DNA of 64,000 nt from the NCBI GenBank assembly GCA_000320545.1, contig ADNK01002290.1:124001-188000 (forward strand), read 5' to 3'. Within the stretch, counting starts at the first letter, position 1; every line of letters starts with the position of its first letter. Shown piece after piece: positions 32,006 through 46,282 of the stretch. Position numbers and translations under genes: made by a program. Source of the DNA: Bigelowiella natans CCMP2755 (Eukaryota > Protista > Cercozoa). Below the pieces are notes generated by a model. It searched no databases and was not told the DNA's origin. It saw only the letters and a program-made list of their open reading frames with translations.

Positions 32006-33833
32006 ATGCTCTCACCTAATGGAGGTAGGTCTTCTCTAACCAACGAGACTTATATATTAAAGCCATCATGCCTCTTAACTTTCCCTCTTATTATCGTACA
32101 ATTTCAAGATGGAAAAAAGAAGAACGGATTAGATGGTGCATGTAACGCCGGGCAGCTTGTGGCACAGATGGCTTTGGCCTCTATTTATATTCTCCCGCTA
32201 GTTACGTTCACAATTATCTATCCGATTGCTATTGCGTCCGGAAGGTGGGGAATTTAATAAGTTCAGTTGATAGGAGGGTGACGTGACACTTGTAGTATAC
32301 TATCTGAGCAGTTCAAACGTGTCGTCGTCATCTTCTTTCTCATTGCAGAGTATGGCCTGGGGATTTCTTCATCAGTAGTGCACTTGACACTGGGTTGGCA
32401 CATTGCATTGGAGCTATAGGTCTCAATTTGGCCGTCGAAGCTATGATGCTGTAATTTTCGTTGACCATAATAAAGTTCTGCGATGCGATAAATTTCTTAA
32501 TTGTTTACTCTTTGCTCGCACTTCTTCCTGGCTATTTAGTTGTGCGATGATACGTTTTCTGATTGTTCGAATCTGGATACGCAAAACAGAATCATCGGCC
32601 TCTATGGTAATATTAATCTATACTATTGAGTAATTTAAAGCATTCATATATGCAGAATGTTTTAATCATGAGTGGTGATGGATGGCTGTGAATATATCGA
32701 AGACGATGACAATCTCATTTCTGATTTGTCGATGTTAAATACAGCATCCCCGTAGCAGCTTTCTAATTTCCAACTCATTGTCATGGGCCCAAAACCTTAA
32801 CTCTACAGCCTTAGGTTAGTCAACCATGCTCTATGTCAATCGATTCACAGTCTGCTCCCAAGAATTCGCATCATTCATTTCGTAGATTGATTCCATGCCT
32901 GATAATCAGAAATTGGTGTGAAATGTTTATACGTGGTGATGAACCGACTTTGTGCATTTATTTCTATTTACCTATGGGCTGCGGTTTGATAAAGACCATG
33001 CGATTACTACCAGCATCTACCTCTCTATCAACTATTTCCTTGATATGACTGCATGAATTTGAATAGGTTTAGCGTTCACATGCAACGTGTGCCTTTTCGG
33101 CGCCACGGCATTCAATGTAGGTGATCCAAGGATTGATAACGATAACGGGTAGTATGATGCAGCTAGTTGTATAGATGACCTTTAATTTTGCGCTTATCGA
33201 GAATTGCAACGGTGCTGTTCTTCGAGAATCTTCCTTGACGTCCTCTTGGGTCAGGAAGAGACGCAATAGTCTATTTCTGATTTTAGATATTGCTTGTGAC
33301 GTATCTCTATACGGTGGTGACATTGTAATATGCTAAATGAGAGCGAAGGATTATTATATTTTATGGAAGAGACCGCCAATGGCAACAGTATAGTAAATCA
33401 TTGTGTCCTTCGTTTCTCCTTGCTTCTACTAAATGCATTACAGGTATTTCGGAATACATATTCCATTCGCTTTCATTGGCTTTTTGAGTGCCTCTGTATA
33501 CGTTATATTGCAAACTGTAATTGATGAGGTAGCTGAAGAATCGTAGAAGATAATAAACCGATCATGATGATAATCATTCTGAGAAGCGTTGTTGGTGCTA
33601 TGGTTTTATTATCTCCTTTTATCAGATACTCTTGGAGGCTGCTAAAGGAGATGATGAGAAAGAGAAATCACGCTCTTGGGTCCATACGTTACGCTGGGCT
33701 TTATCCATTGGCTCCTTTATTTGTTTCATAGGGATGTTTGCTTGCCTTGGATACTCGATGCCCATATCTGCAACATTTGAAATCCTCTTGATCTCCCTAG
33801 TACGTTAGTAGTAGTAGTACCACCACTGCACTT

Positions 33834-33866
<33 letters not shown>

Positions 33867-34123
33867 CTGTGCCTACTCACTGCTTTTTTACCACAAGAAC
33901 CCACTCACAAATATCACCACACCTTTTGGTAGATAATGATAGTTCTACTCTATGATACTGGCATATTATATTATGTTGTTGTTTTCCTTTCCGCTAGGCG
34001 CTTGTCTACTTCAGTACATGGCATTGGGAGTTTGCCGAATTTGCCAAATCTATCAATGGTATTTTCTCACGGGTGCTTGGAGCTTTGGATCACCATGATT
34101 ATGCGCTTCTTCATTCAGAATGA
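32006..34123 (+). CDS. Frag1/DRAM/Sfk1-like multi-pass membrane protein (3' end may extend to 34283)
   Basis: Spliced product MLSPNG-DG...ILPLVTFTIIYPIAIASGR-VWPGDFFISSALDTGLAHCIGAIGLNLAVEAMML-CAMIRFLIV... and C-terminal ISATFEILLISL-ALVYFSTWHWEF resemble the (Y/F)IS, RY/RF and SAxxEW...F..EF motifs of the family. Middle exons unresolved. Confidence 0.55.
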
Positions 34124-34283
34124 TAAGCAGGGAAAAAATACGGAAGAGACTTATTTCCATCGGCGTCGGAATAAGAATATTACTAGTTACATATTTCAAT
34201 GTCACCTGCAAAAGTATGACTTTAGCCACATTCGTCGCGTATCCGTGAATCTTGAAGGTACACTACAAAACGTGCAACGCTAA

Positions 34284-35010
34284 TTCTTATCGGTGGCTAA
34301 TAATGACAATTTGGATGGCGCTGTATTCATCAGCTAGAGGATATATATCAGTGGGACGCACGATGTATGATGTAAAACGCGCGTACAGGCATGACTCATT
34401 TGCAAGCATAAACGCAACAGGACTATGATATTTAGCTACGATACGAACCACATTGTTCTTAAGTATAGTTCAATTCATACTAGCATAATCCTATAGTTTT
34501 ATTCAGCCTTCTCTAACTTGCTGCCACGTTTAGCAGCCGTCTAATAGGATCGTGTGTAGCACAGGCCTAGGCTAGTGTGGTTGAGTGTGTGCTGCTACGT
34601 ACAGCTCACATAGATAGAATGAGAAAATACATGGCACACATTGCGGTTGCTGCTGCTGTAACTACTGAATTTTGTACGGCGGCGATCGACGCATCGACGC
34701 TACGTACGGCCGCCGAACGTGTGGCATCACTGCTGACTGCAGAAGGCATGTCTTATCTGGCTAGCTGGACATGCATGCCACTCTGCACTCATTGTGCTAC
34801 ATACAAGTAAGTACATGATTGCGGACACCAACTTTTGTTCATTGCGTACCGCGCACATCCGGACATGAGTAAATTTACTTTTTCACACCAACTAAGTTGA
34901 GACGCTACGAATAATCGATGTAGCCATATGTAATCTATTTCTGCGCCTACTATGCGCACGACATCGATATCCGAGCAGCTCTGCTAGTCTGACAAAAGAT
35001 GTTGGCATTT
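34284..35010. terminator. Convergent interval with palindrome-rich tract
   Basis: ggcctaggctag, gctacgtacagc, gctagctggacatgcatgc; between the DRAM-like and PUS7 stops. Confidence 0.4.
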
Positions 35011-35664
35011 TTATTTATCTATCTGACGCCTTCCAACCGTCTGTTTCATCAATTCCCTAATATAAATTTTGCAGAAAGAAGAATGGAAATCACAATTGTT
35101 TTCTGTGAATTATCAGTAACAGGTGATAACTGAGAAAAGTACAACCTGACTGCTTGAGTTGCGTAGCTTGAGGATGGAAGGGTGAATCTAAGCTTTAGGG
35201 CACATTTCGGAGCTGTTGCTGCACTATTCTCGGGCCCGTCATCGCTGGACGGAAGGTTACTCGTTGAATCCTGACTAACCTTCTCGAATCTGCTTTCAGC
35301 ATCCTGATAAATAGTTGTAGTAGTAGTTGTAGCAGTAGTAGTAGTAGTAGTAGTAGTAGTAAGTGCGACCAAATGATCAACGACTTGTACTAGATAGGTT
35401 ATAATGTAGTTAAAGTTGGAACTAACCGCAAGATTTTCGTCGTCTCGGGTGTATTTAAGAACTTCACATTCAAATTCCTTCCAAATTGTAGAGTAGCGAG
35501 TAGTAGTTGCCCATTATTAATGCAATTCCCAAGAAGAGATGCGAGATTGATGATGGCAAATGAAATCACCGATATAATAAGAACTACCTGCACTTTGCAG
35601 AGCATCTTGCGATATGATCCGGTTACGACCTGCATGATACAACACTTACATGAATCATGATGTA

Positions 35665-35699
<35 letters not shown>

Positions 35700-36243
35700 C
35701 GATGATGATGAAACCCGTTCACTGCTAATTTATTCTCATGGTTGATGGTATTCGATGATACTCTCTCGCATTGGTAGGTCAAGCTGCTCTTCTATTACTC
35801 AATCATCCTTTATGCTTTCTGAGGCTCACTATCAAATGACTGATGAGACAGACTGATTGACTAACTACTGACTTCATCATAATACTACCGCTTCGCTGAA
35901 ACTATGTTTTGTAGTATTTATAAGATCCACGCCAAAGCCATCTTGGATCTCTGTGATACGAGGTTTGACCAGCATCGATATGGTACGGAGGAAAGTTTAA
36001 TAAATACGGATAAAACTAAAAAATTGCAAATGCAGGGATTACTTTTGTACTCTTCTGCAAGATGTGGAGGTAGCTCGACGTCGGTACCTAACACGTCGGC
36101 ATTTGTAGTTAGCCACCACAGAACCCCACCGGCAGATAAAATTTATCAGGTTTTACTCATACAATTTGTATCATCGTCTATTTCACTAGCACATCCTCTT
36201 TCTTTGGATCAATAGGATGGTGGTAGCTCAACAACCTCCTCGT

Positions 36244-36276
<33 letters not shown>

Positions 36277-37794
36277 ACATATGCAATAGTATACAAACGT
36301 GGTAAAAATAATGACCTACCCAGAGTTGGAACAACGACATCAAAAATAGTGTAATTCGCAACATCTTCTTCGCTCAGCACCTTAACCTGACAATCAAAGT
36401 ATTAAAGCGTATTAGAAGACCACAGATGTCTTCAACTTACACTTCTTTGCATTATTAATATTGATCAATTCAGGCAATGAGCATTTGATTCGATGCTTCT
36501 TCAATTCATCGCTTGTCGCTTTCAAGCTGCTGCTGCTACTTATAGTAAAGTACTTTGGGTAGTGCTCTTAGATCTTCCTCCTCTTCTTCTCCCTCTACGT
36601 CATTCTCATCACCGTTAACGAGTACAAGATCTCCTGTTATAACATAGAATATGTTGTTAAGAGCTTCTTCTTCTTCTTCCTCTACATCTTGGATCATCAT
36701 CATCATCATCATCATCGTTGCTGTCAATGCCATACCGGAAACAGCCTTATCAGCATCGAATTTATTCAAACGAACAGAGACAATTTGGTTCCACATATAG
36801 CTCTGAAAACTAGTGAATGCATGGTGGTGAACAAGAAGTCAGTTATGGTGATGATAAAAGTGATGATGATGAGGATGATGATGATGATGATGCTAACATC
36901 ACTACTACGGAAATCCTATTAGCAGCAGAAAACTTCATAATCGTCACGAGGAGGCAAAACTTATTCGCACATCCACACTATATTCTAGCTGCTACTACTA
37001 CTGCTGCTACTCCTCTACTACTGCCACTACCATCCATACCTGTGGATATACATCAACCTCATTGAACGAGGAATGCGAATAAGAGCTTGGACAGCTTGCG
37101 AGCTTCCATACTCTGTGCAAAAGTGATTTATCAAAAAAAAAATAGCGTCGAGAAGACGATAGGAGCGGTGACAAATATACACTACAATATCGTACATGTG
37201 GATGAATAATGGGCAGTAAACAGATTGGGGATAATCTATTCACCTCTCAGTGCTTTGAGCAAGCTCGCTTCAAGATGCATGAATTCTTATGTGTAGATCA
37301 CAGCAAAACAAAACATTGGAGAAACTTTGATCCAAGGCACATAATACACAAACAACATTAGGCTGTTGATGAGGCTGTTGCATGCATACTTGGCATTTCT
37401 CGTAGAGTCTTCTCGATATCCCCAGTATCTCGAAACAACTTTCGTATGTGTGGTGATGATAAGAGCGATAGTATTAATTCAGGATGATGAGGGGGGTGAT
37501 AAAGATGGTAGAAAAGAATACACCAAAAAGAGAGAAGTAGTAGTTGTAGCGTACACTTACGTCATCGCTACACAGTTCATTGCTGTCTGTGTATCTAGGT
37601 AAATACAAGTACTTATATTTATCGCTGCTGCTGGTTCTGCTACTACAACTACAAACCTTTCTTGCTGTCTCAGCATCTTTCTTTTCATGTTTTCTTGGCA
37701 TTAAAAGCATTCCTATAGCGCTGATGATGATGACGAGACGACGATGATGGATAGTTGATGGTGGACGATTCTTTAGAGACAACGAGTGCACACC

Positions 37795-37828
<34 letters not shown>

Positions 37829-38384
37829 TCATATGCATAGATGATGAGGATGAATGTGCTACTCGTAGCGACTGACTGACTGACTGACTGACTGACGAGT
37901 GACTTACGTGTTGTAGTCTTTCTTCAGAATTCTAAGTCCTATCTGCCATGTTGGCACTTGGCCTGTTCCTTCGTTGTGTGCGTGAGAGAGAGGATGATGA
38001 TGATGATTATTATTATTATCATTAAAAGGATGATGACGATGATGATGGTGGTGATGATTTACAGACGGTGTGGTAATAAGACAATACGATCAAAATGATA
38101 TATAGTTTGGTTATCTCTTTCATCATAGTGTTAGTAGTAGTAGTAGTAGTAGTAATAGTAGTACCGAATCTTTGTAGGCCGAAGTAATTGATGAACCCCT
38201 ATATCAATGAGTTGTTGCCGTGCGGCAAACGATAATTCAATAGATAATTGGATCGATAGAGTAATTTCTCCTTGCTACTACTACTACTACTACTTCTTTT
38301 CAGTGGTATTGAAGGAGAGGAAGAAATCAAGTGCTTTATGACTTGAAATTCATCCTCACTCTTATGTGTTTCTTACATCCAACA

Positions 38385-38421
<37 letters not shown>

Positions 38422-39530
38422 ACAGAAAATAGTTTGCAAAGAACAAGTTTCTTCTTGTTCTTCCTATTGACTACCACTACCACCTTTTTCCTGATGGCCT
38501 CTACAGCTTTCTGTACTGTCTCTTGAATCATCATATTCTCCTGCTGCTTTTGCTGCTTTACATCAACTTCATCACCACTAGCAGCCCCCAGAGACACGTT
38601 TCTTAACACCACGGTAAACCTACATAAAATGGCCAAATCATACAGTGTGTGACTGAACAAAGAGATATTCGCAACAGAATGGCGGCTAAGACCGACAACG
38701 ATATGAATCAATAAACGTAGAGCAGTGCAGGTGCAACGAAGGATAAAAAATAACGACTTGTTTCCTGTCAAATCCCCCAGCCTTAATCCCTCTGGTTTGT
38801 ACTCGAAGCTGCCAACCTGTAATAAGCGTGAGGAGAAGGAGGAGAGGTTTTATTCAAAGATGCTCTCTACACTAGAAGAAAAGCTGTTAATGCACTACCT
38901 TGACAGTCCGATTCAGGCATTTTCGCACCGCACTAATCATAAATGATTTAACAGATTGTGAGAGGAGAAAGTGTGTGTGTGTGTGTGTCTCAACTAACGA
39001 TGATGGTGATGGTGATATTATATGCACATACTAATCTTTCTCTTTTTCTTCATCATCATTATTGTTATCAGGAGCAGCAGCATCTGCACCTTTTCAGCCT
39101 TCCATGATCCACATCGAAAGCACTTACGCGTTGAAACGTCACTGCACGGCGGTCCTAAGATATGAAGCGATACGGAGCATATTTCATCACGTAACAATTT
39201 GCCATTAGCGTTCAAAGAAACTCTATTGACCAGTGCCGATAACAACAGAGAGACGTGTTGATGACAATAGAGAGAAGGTCACTCACACATTACTCACTTT
39301 GGTGCCAGCAAATGCGAAGGTTTTCGGTGTTCTTCGCACAACACGCGCTATTTGAGATATGCACGACATCGTGTCCACATTCTACGAAGAAATATCAAAC
39401 CAATCAATGGGAAGTAGTAGTAGTAGTAGTCGTCATAACAGCATATGTGTAAGTAATGATAGATAAAACAACTATACACTCCGACGGCAGCAGACATTAG
39501 TTGAGAAAACGAACTTGCGGAGTTATGTAA

Positions 39531-39580
<50 letters not shown>

Positions 39581-39972
39581 TAGTAGCCGCTAATAATAAA
39601 GCCTCAGATCCGATCGAAGAGCAAACATCTTATTTATCAATTGACGATGCACGTACAATACTGATACTGTCGCACAGTATTAATAACACACAAGTGCCAC
39701 AGTAGACGTTGTCCAGAGAACATAACATACCCGACGTGTATCGTAATATATCATCGTATTATGATTAAGATAATGGTAGATAGGCCTACAACAACCCTTT
39801 TCTGAAGTGTGAAGTGTACATAACGATGCGTGGCTGGTCTTGTGCGGCGACGTCTCTTACCCCCCCCTCGGGAAGATGACATCTTAAATATCTGTAGCGT
39901 ATACACATGTATTTAGAAGAGGGAGAGAGCAGGTGGGTGGATGGATGGACACATGTGCTGCTGTGAAGATGA

Positions 39973-40008
<36 letters not shown>

Positions 40009-40715
40009 CGTCGTGTTGCGCATATAACCATAACCTGCATGGTTTTGACGTTTGGATCGTCCTTGGAGACACCTGAGGTGCCACCACCATAAATACAGAA
40101 GAAGAAGAGGGAAATGGTGAAAACGGTATAACAGAGCACACGACATAAATGATGACTTCACTGATTCGACTATTGATGATTACATTAGCTACTTGGGGTG
40201 GGTGTAGTGTGCAAAAGTTGCTTTCTTCTTCTCCTTCTCCTTCTCCTTCTTCTTCTTGTTCGTGTTGATGATGATTACTACCTGTGGTACTACCATAACC
40301 TTTAAGGTGGATGCGTACAACTTGATGTACCTTGTTGTGATAATAGTACAGACAATAATGATGAGTAAGATGGGTGATGATGAGTAAGATGATGGAGATC
40401 GTGATAAAAGCAGCACCCACTTACTACCGTTGACTTTTAATGATATATATTATTAATTTAGTACCAACAAAGTAGTAGTGGTAGTTGTAGTAGTAGTAGT
40501 ACCTTTGTTCTTATTTCCTTGGAGGACATGTTCGGAATCTCGAAGATGGGTGAATCTTTAGCTTTTTCATCTCGATTATTCCCACCTCCACGCTTCCTCT
40601 TGTTATTCTTTCGTTGTTGTTGTTGTTGTTGTTGCTGCTGCTGCTGCTGGGGTAAAGCGGACGATGTTGAATTGCAGGACGAGGGTGCACTTTCACATCC
40701 CTTTCCACTGTCCAA

Positions 40716-40764
<49 letters not shown>

Positions 40765-41066
40765 ATGGTCTTCATCTCCTCCTCCTTAACCTGGTCATCT
40801 TTGAATTCCATCTTGATACTATTTTTCTTCGCAACGTCGTTATTTGCGGTAGTAGGGGTGACAGCCGTGGTGGTGTCCTTTGAGATAGTTGCTGTCTTCG
40901 ATTTGTTATTGTCTGTATGATGATGATGATGATGATGATGATGACGATGATATTCATTATTATGATAATGATATGTTGAGGAGGAGAAAATATGCTTTCT
41001 ACTAGTAGTTGTAACCCGATAATTAAGGCAAAGGAATTTAATATACGGAGGTGGTAGGTTTACGTA

Positions 41067-41107
<41 letters not shown>

Positions 41108-42212
41108 GTGTGTGTGTGTGTGTGTGTGTTTTATATGTTATGAATAAAATGTTATATATTACGTATGTGTTGTAAAATATGTCTGTATTCTACTACTACT
41201 ACTACCACTACTACTACTACCTTTGACAAATTCAATCAGCTTCTGAGCAACTTCATTCCCAATGAGTTCTCCAAGCTGAGAAAAGAAAGAAAGAACAACG
41301 ACGATGACAACGAAGGACAATCGCTGATGAACGATGATAGAGGTGTCTTATTATGAGCCCATTATTGTATAGCTCTCCTACATACCTCTACTACTCTAAC
41401 TATGTTCTACCACCTCTTCTTGAGCTTTTCCGATGTCTGGAGTCACTTTGTCTTCTTTCTCATCGAGTAATCCCTTCACCTCTGCATTATCAAGAAGAGA
41501 CATACGACGAGAAGGAGGAAAATGTGTGAAAACGACGAAGAGGATGGAGGAGGGAATCGCCTCAGGCAATTCATTTTTTGAAAAAACTTTAGTGTTTACG
41601 TAATAAGCGTCGTTGTCCGACCATCGTTTCTATGTTATTAAGGCGTGTTGCTCCTTCTTCTTCTTCTTTTTCTTCTTCTTCTTTTTCTTCTTCTTCCATC
41701 ACCGTCGGTTGGCGCTGTGACGATTTTGTTGTTTAAATCCACCTCATGAACGATAAAATCGGAGTACCTGCATACGGTAGAATGAGGAATAAAGATGACG
41801 ACTGTACTGGTGATCATGGTGGCGGTGGTTGTGGTATCGTGACAAATAACAGAAATTAACAATTATGTGACGTCTTTAACAAGCTCACTTCAGCAGATCT
41901 ACTAGGAAATTGTTTTTCATTTTCGATTATTCTGCAACACCTTTCCTTGAAGACAGCGTTGAACTTCTGTGTATTTGTTCGAAACTCGGTGATTCCCACT
42001 GTGCATAAAGAAAAGGCAATTTATTATTAAACTTTACGTGCGGTGAATTTATCAGACACTGCGTTCAACCCCTATCACCTGTATTCGCCGTAGCTGTGGT
42101 ATATGCAGAGAGATCAATGACAAATCGCGAGAACTCGTGATCAGTCTGACTCAAAAAAAGGCATAGTATTTTTTATCAAAGTATATCATGGTATATATAT
42201 GCAAATACATAT

Positions 42213-42258
<46 letters not shown>

Positions 42259-42335
42259 GTGTGTGCGTGTGTGAGGGTTAGGATCTTCGTAGGAACCGTG
42301 GTTTCCTTCTTAGTGTCCTCCTTTTCCACCGCCAT
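35011..42335 (-). CDS. PUS7: TruD-family pseudouridine synthase PUS7, many exons
   Basis: Exons encode VGITEF...FNAVFKER-YSDFIVHEVD, AFAGTK-DRRAVTFQR (catalytic GTKD), LRLGDLTGNK-FTVVLRNV, GFINYFGLQRFG, VTGSYRKML and LKLRFTLPSSSYATQAVR-ELMK. Confidence 0.93.
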
Positions 42336-42794
42336 TGCGGAGGTGGCTGGTTGCCCTTGCTTTCCCTCGGCCGTTGTGTTTGTAGGGGTATTCGCGTCCA
42401 AAGAATCACCTGCTATGATATCCCATTGGATCACTGCTTATCTAAATCATTCGTCTTTCATCACGCATCATTTAGGTGCAGGATTTTGTTGAACCGGGCG
42501 CCATTGTTCGTCTCCTACGCTGGTCAATTTTGGATATAAACCGAATAAACGGAGTATAGTGGTTATTTATCCAATCATTTTTTATCTTATATACTTTATT
42601 GCATAAAAATAACTTTCACAACACATTTTCGCACCACAATTTTTAAATAACGAAATCCAGAAAATGTGGTGAAATTGGTTCCCTCGTAAACAGCTGAAAT
42701 TATTGTATTCGTTCACCGCTTCCACAAACCAAATTTACGAAAATTCCAGAAAATATTGGTTCTTTTTGAAGATAAGATTACATCATTCCTGCAT

Positions 42795-42887
42795 ACAACA
42801 TCCACACTATGAAAATCACTTCGGTGTAACAACATCGCTGGGAAGTCAAGGGCGCGAACAGAATAACTAACTAACTAACTAAAGGGT
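42795..42887 (+). repeat. Dispersed ~90-bp repeat, copy 2 (divergent intergenic region upstream of the kinase)
   Basis: ACAACATCCACACTATGAAAATCACTTCGGTG...CGCGAACAGAATAACTAACTA matches 9534-9620. Confidence 0.85.
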
Positions 42888-43080
42888 GACAATCTTTTTT
42901 CCCGAAGTTTCACGAACCACATGTGATCGATGTCGCAGGCGAAAGTGTAAGGCGATTTCTGTCCATCATTTGCTGGAATCATTACCGCATACTGAAAAAC
43001 TGTGATTTCGGTCTCAAAACCCAATCCCAAAATCATCAAATTTGGCTCGCTGCTCATGCAGATATCTTAGAATCAAGCAC

Positions 43081-45739
43081 ATGCAAGGCCCATCCTCAGA
43101 CACTGGTAGAGTGCCTAAGGCTGACGATGCTATTCAGCATGTTCAGAAGCTTGGAAAGGCGTTTAGGGCACTAGCACAAACGTGGATTGTCAGCCCCGAC
43201 TTCAAGGCTTCCTCACTTTCCACCTGCACAACCGCCGATGTGACTCGATGGGGTGCGTGTGAGACCGTTGCAGAGACTGTGAAAAATGTACTGAAACTCT
43301 ACGCCAAAGAATTTGGCTTCAAATCGGCTAAAGAGCTGGAGAAAAGGCAATCTGCCGAAGCACAGCTTTACATCGACCATTACTATGGAGTACAAGTCAA
43401 GAAACAGCAGCCTGAGAAAATGCCAAAAAGTCCGTGCTACTACGACATTTTTGAGGTGACAAAAGACGCTCCTAAGGCAAACGACACCTTTATCTTCGAT
43501 ATGGAAGATGTAAAGTTTGATGAGGTTCTTGGAAAAGGAAACTTCGCCACCACCTACAGGGCGACGATCTCTAAGAAGGGAGGGGGATCGGGGAGGCAAG
43601 TAGCCCTCAAAGTCCCAAATGATGGCGTATCCTCCGAAGAGTGCAAGAAGGAGATGATGGGGCTCCTCAATGTTGCTGGCCAACGCAACATCATGGAATT
43701 CGTCGGCATCATGGAATGGAAGGGACAACAATGTTTCCTAACAGAACTATGCGAGCTGGGAAGCATGGATGGTCTCCACGAAAAGCTTGACTTACGAGAG
43801 GAGAAGACCTTTATTAAGATAGCCAAGGGCCTGTTCCTGGGGCTTATGCACTTGCATCATTTCCGAATTATTCATCGGGACATTGCCTGTCGTAACCTTC
43901 TGGTCAAGCCTGGCTTCGAGGTAATTCATGCGTTTTGTTCATTTGTTTGTTTGTAACAATGAAGAGACTCGAGAAATTATTCAATATTTCACCGTGATCA
44001 GATCCGTTTATTTGTTTGTATGTAACGATGAAGAGACTTAATGAATATGTTCAAGTTTTCACCGTGATCGGATCCGTTTCTTATCTTTTCCGTGTTGTAG
44101 CCTCCACCTCCCTACTTGCATGTAATGGTCACGCGAGTAGCTTGCCATTGATGTGACAATGAACAGTGCAATCATTTTTAACTTTGGCGGAAACTAGTGC
44201 GTATTGTTGTCCTTCGTAAAGAGCTGCTGATTCTCGTGGTGGACAAACAAAATTTCTTCGCCGATTCTCCTTATTACACAGGTGCGTATTGCAGACTTCG
44301 GCCTTGCCGTAAGAGCCCCGCAGGGAACATATTCCATCATGCCTGGTGTGCCGCTCCCATGGCCATGGATGCCCCCGGAAACGCTCAAAACAGCTATCTT
44401 CACTCCGAAATCAGACATATGGGCTGCTGGTGTGACTTTGTGGGAGATTCTTCATAAAGGAAAGAGCCCTTATGCCAGTGAGTTGCAGGAGCTTAGCGTG
44501 CCGGCCACATGCAAAGGGATCATCAACGGTGAAATCACGCTTGGTGCTCCAAAAGAGGCAACGAAGATTCAGAAGTCCATGATGCTAAAGTGCCTAGAGT
44601 GCCACACGAAGATCCGTCCGGATGCTTGCAGCGTGTTACTTGATCATATCCGAGATGGTCTTGAGGCCATCCGGAAGAACGGCACCAAAGCCATGAAGGA
44701 CGTGGCCGCCTCCCAAGTTGCCGCAAGTGTTCCTATGGTGAGGATGAGATCAAAGCGCGCAGATTTTGCTGCTGTGGGCTTTGACAAACGTGTATATGTG
44801 GTTGGGGGGGCACAATATGAAGAAGAGCTGAAATCGGCAGAAAGCCTTAGCACAAACGGCGATGGGAAAGAAAGTTGGGAGAAACTTCCAGAAATGAATG
44901 TCGCGAGGAGCCACGTTGGCGCTGCCGTGTACGTGAATGTGCCTTTCATCCTAACGTTTGTCCTCCTCCCGTAAACAGTCCTCGTATGTTGTTTCCTAGT
45001 CCACACTCGTCCATGCTTAGCTGATTTTTAAATCAATGTGCGCATTTTGCCATCATGTTTCAGATGGGATGGGAAACTCTATGCAGGGGGTGGAATTGCA
45101 GGCTACGAAGATGCATACACCTCAGTCGAAGTGCTAGATCTTCGCGACATAGGCAAAGGATGGTCTATGATGCCGGTGGAGATGTCCAATGGTGGCATGC
45201 TGTGCATGACAGCACACTCTGGCAAGTTGTACGCGCTAACACACGGCGGTGTGGAGACTTTGAATCTTTCCGACGTGCAAGCGGGATGGGCGACCATTTC
45301 GTTGAGCAAGAGCAACGAAACCCCCGAGGGCATCTTCGTACACAAGGAGAAGCTCTATGTGCTGAGCGGGGGGGCGATTCGATGGACGGAAGTTCAGAAA
45401 GACAAAAATATGACTTGCGGCAAGTTGAAGAAGCTCGTGGACTCAGAGGGAAAGGCCGTCACCATGCCGAATGGAGAATCAAGTGCGACAGTCCTTTGGA
45501 ATGACTGTGTTTTAGCCATTGGTGGTGGGTACCCTCCATCTGCCAAAGCCCTCATGCTGGATCTGAACAACGTCAACTCGGGATGGAAAAGTGTCGCCAA
45601 CATGGCAACAAGAAAAGCAAACGCGAGTGCAGTTGCTGTTGGTGGAAACGTGGTCGTGTTGGGTGGCAAGGCGGATGGGAGTCCTTTGGATACAGTTGAG
45701 AATCTGCGAGTAGCTCTCGCTCTAGCGGTGCGAAAATGA
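43081..45739 (+). CDS. Tyrosine-kinase-like protein kinase fused to C-terminal Kelch repeats (3 exons)
   Basis: GKGNFA, VALK, HRDIACRNLLV, DFG, LPWPWMPPE and SDIWAAGVTLWEI, then Kelch motifs (VYVVGG, LYAGGG, VLAIGG, VVVLGG with W..(L/V)..M...R). Introns 43921-44281 and ~44932-45063. Confidence 0.9.
43941..44080. repeat. Imperfect ~70-bp tandem duplication in kinase intron 1
   Basis: ATTTGTTTGT.TGTAAC.ATGAAGAGACT...TTCAA..TTTCACCGTGATC.GATCCGTTT occurs twice in succession. Confidence 0.85.
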
Positions 45740-46282
45740 GAAGGCTCCATGTCCACGCAATGCTTCTGCGCACAAGTGTACTTTGTGATTGTTCTTGTTG
45801 TCGCACGTAGTTCATCGCACACTAGCACAGTGATCCGCAGTGAGGATACAAGCATGGCATGTGTGGTTGTTGGATGTCGCTGTCTTGACGCTACGTGTGG
45901 ACGCTAGCTAGCTCTAGAGCTAGATTGCACGCTTGTGTGCCATGTGACCCAACTAGCCAAGCTGGTCACAACAACGTCACATCCTGTCGTGCATGTGCAC
46001 GCTGGTATGCTCGAACAATCGATCTAGCGATACAATGAGGCGGGCGACACCATCTAGCTATGTGAATCTAGATTCCTGAATGCAATGTGCCAACTGTGGC
46101 TAGCTAGCTAGAGATCGCTGTCATTATCGCGATTGTGTACACACGTTACAACTATAGACACAGTATATATTATGTTACATGACAAGAATGTGAGATTATC
46201 ATGCTTCACCACTGCATTAGACAACACGTGCGTGGGGTTGTCCTAAGCCACTATGACTAGAATTACTATGTTAACTAGAGCA
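45740..46282. terminator. Convergent interval with GCTAGC-rich tract
   Basis: gctagctagctctagagctag, gctagctagctagag; between the kinase and PTP stops. Confidence 0.45.

Noticed and set aside
31576-32043. Poly-E/poly-P/poly-S ORFs as a separate gene
   Set aside because: Open in several frames only because of a (CCT)n tract; no recognisable product, probably UTR or promoter.
42864-42882. (TAAC)n as telomeric repeat
   Set aside because: Only about four units, internal, and forming the tail of a dispersed repeat.
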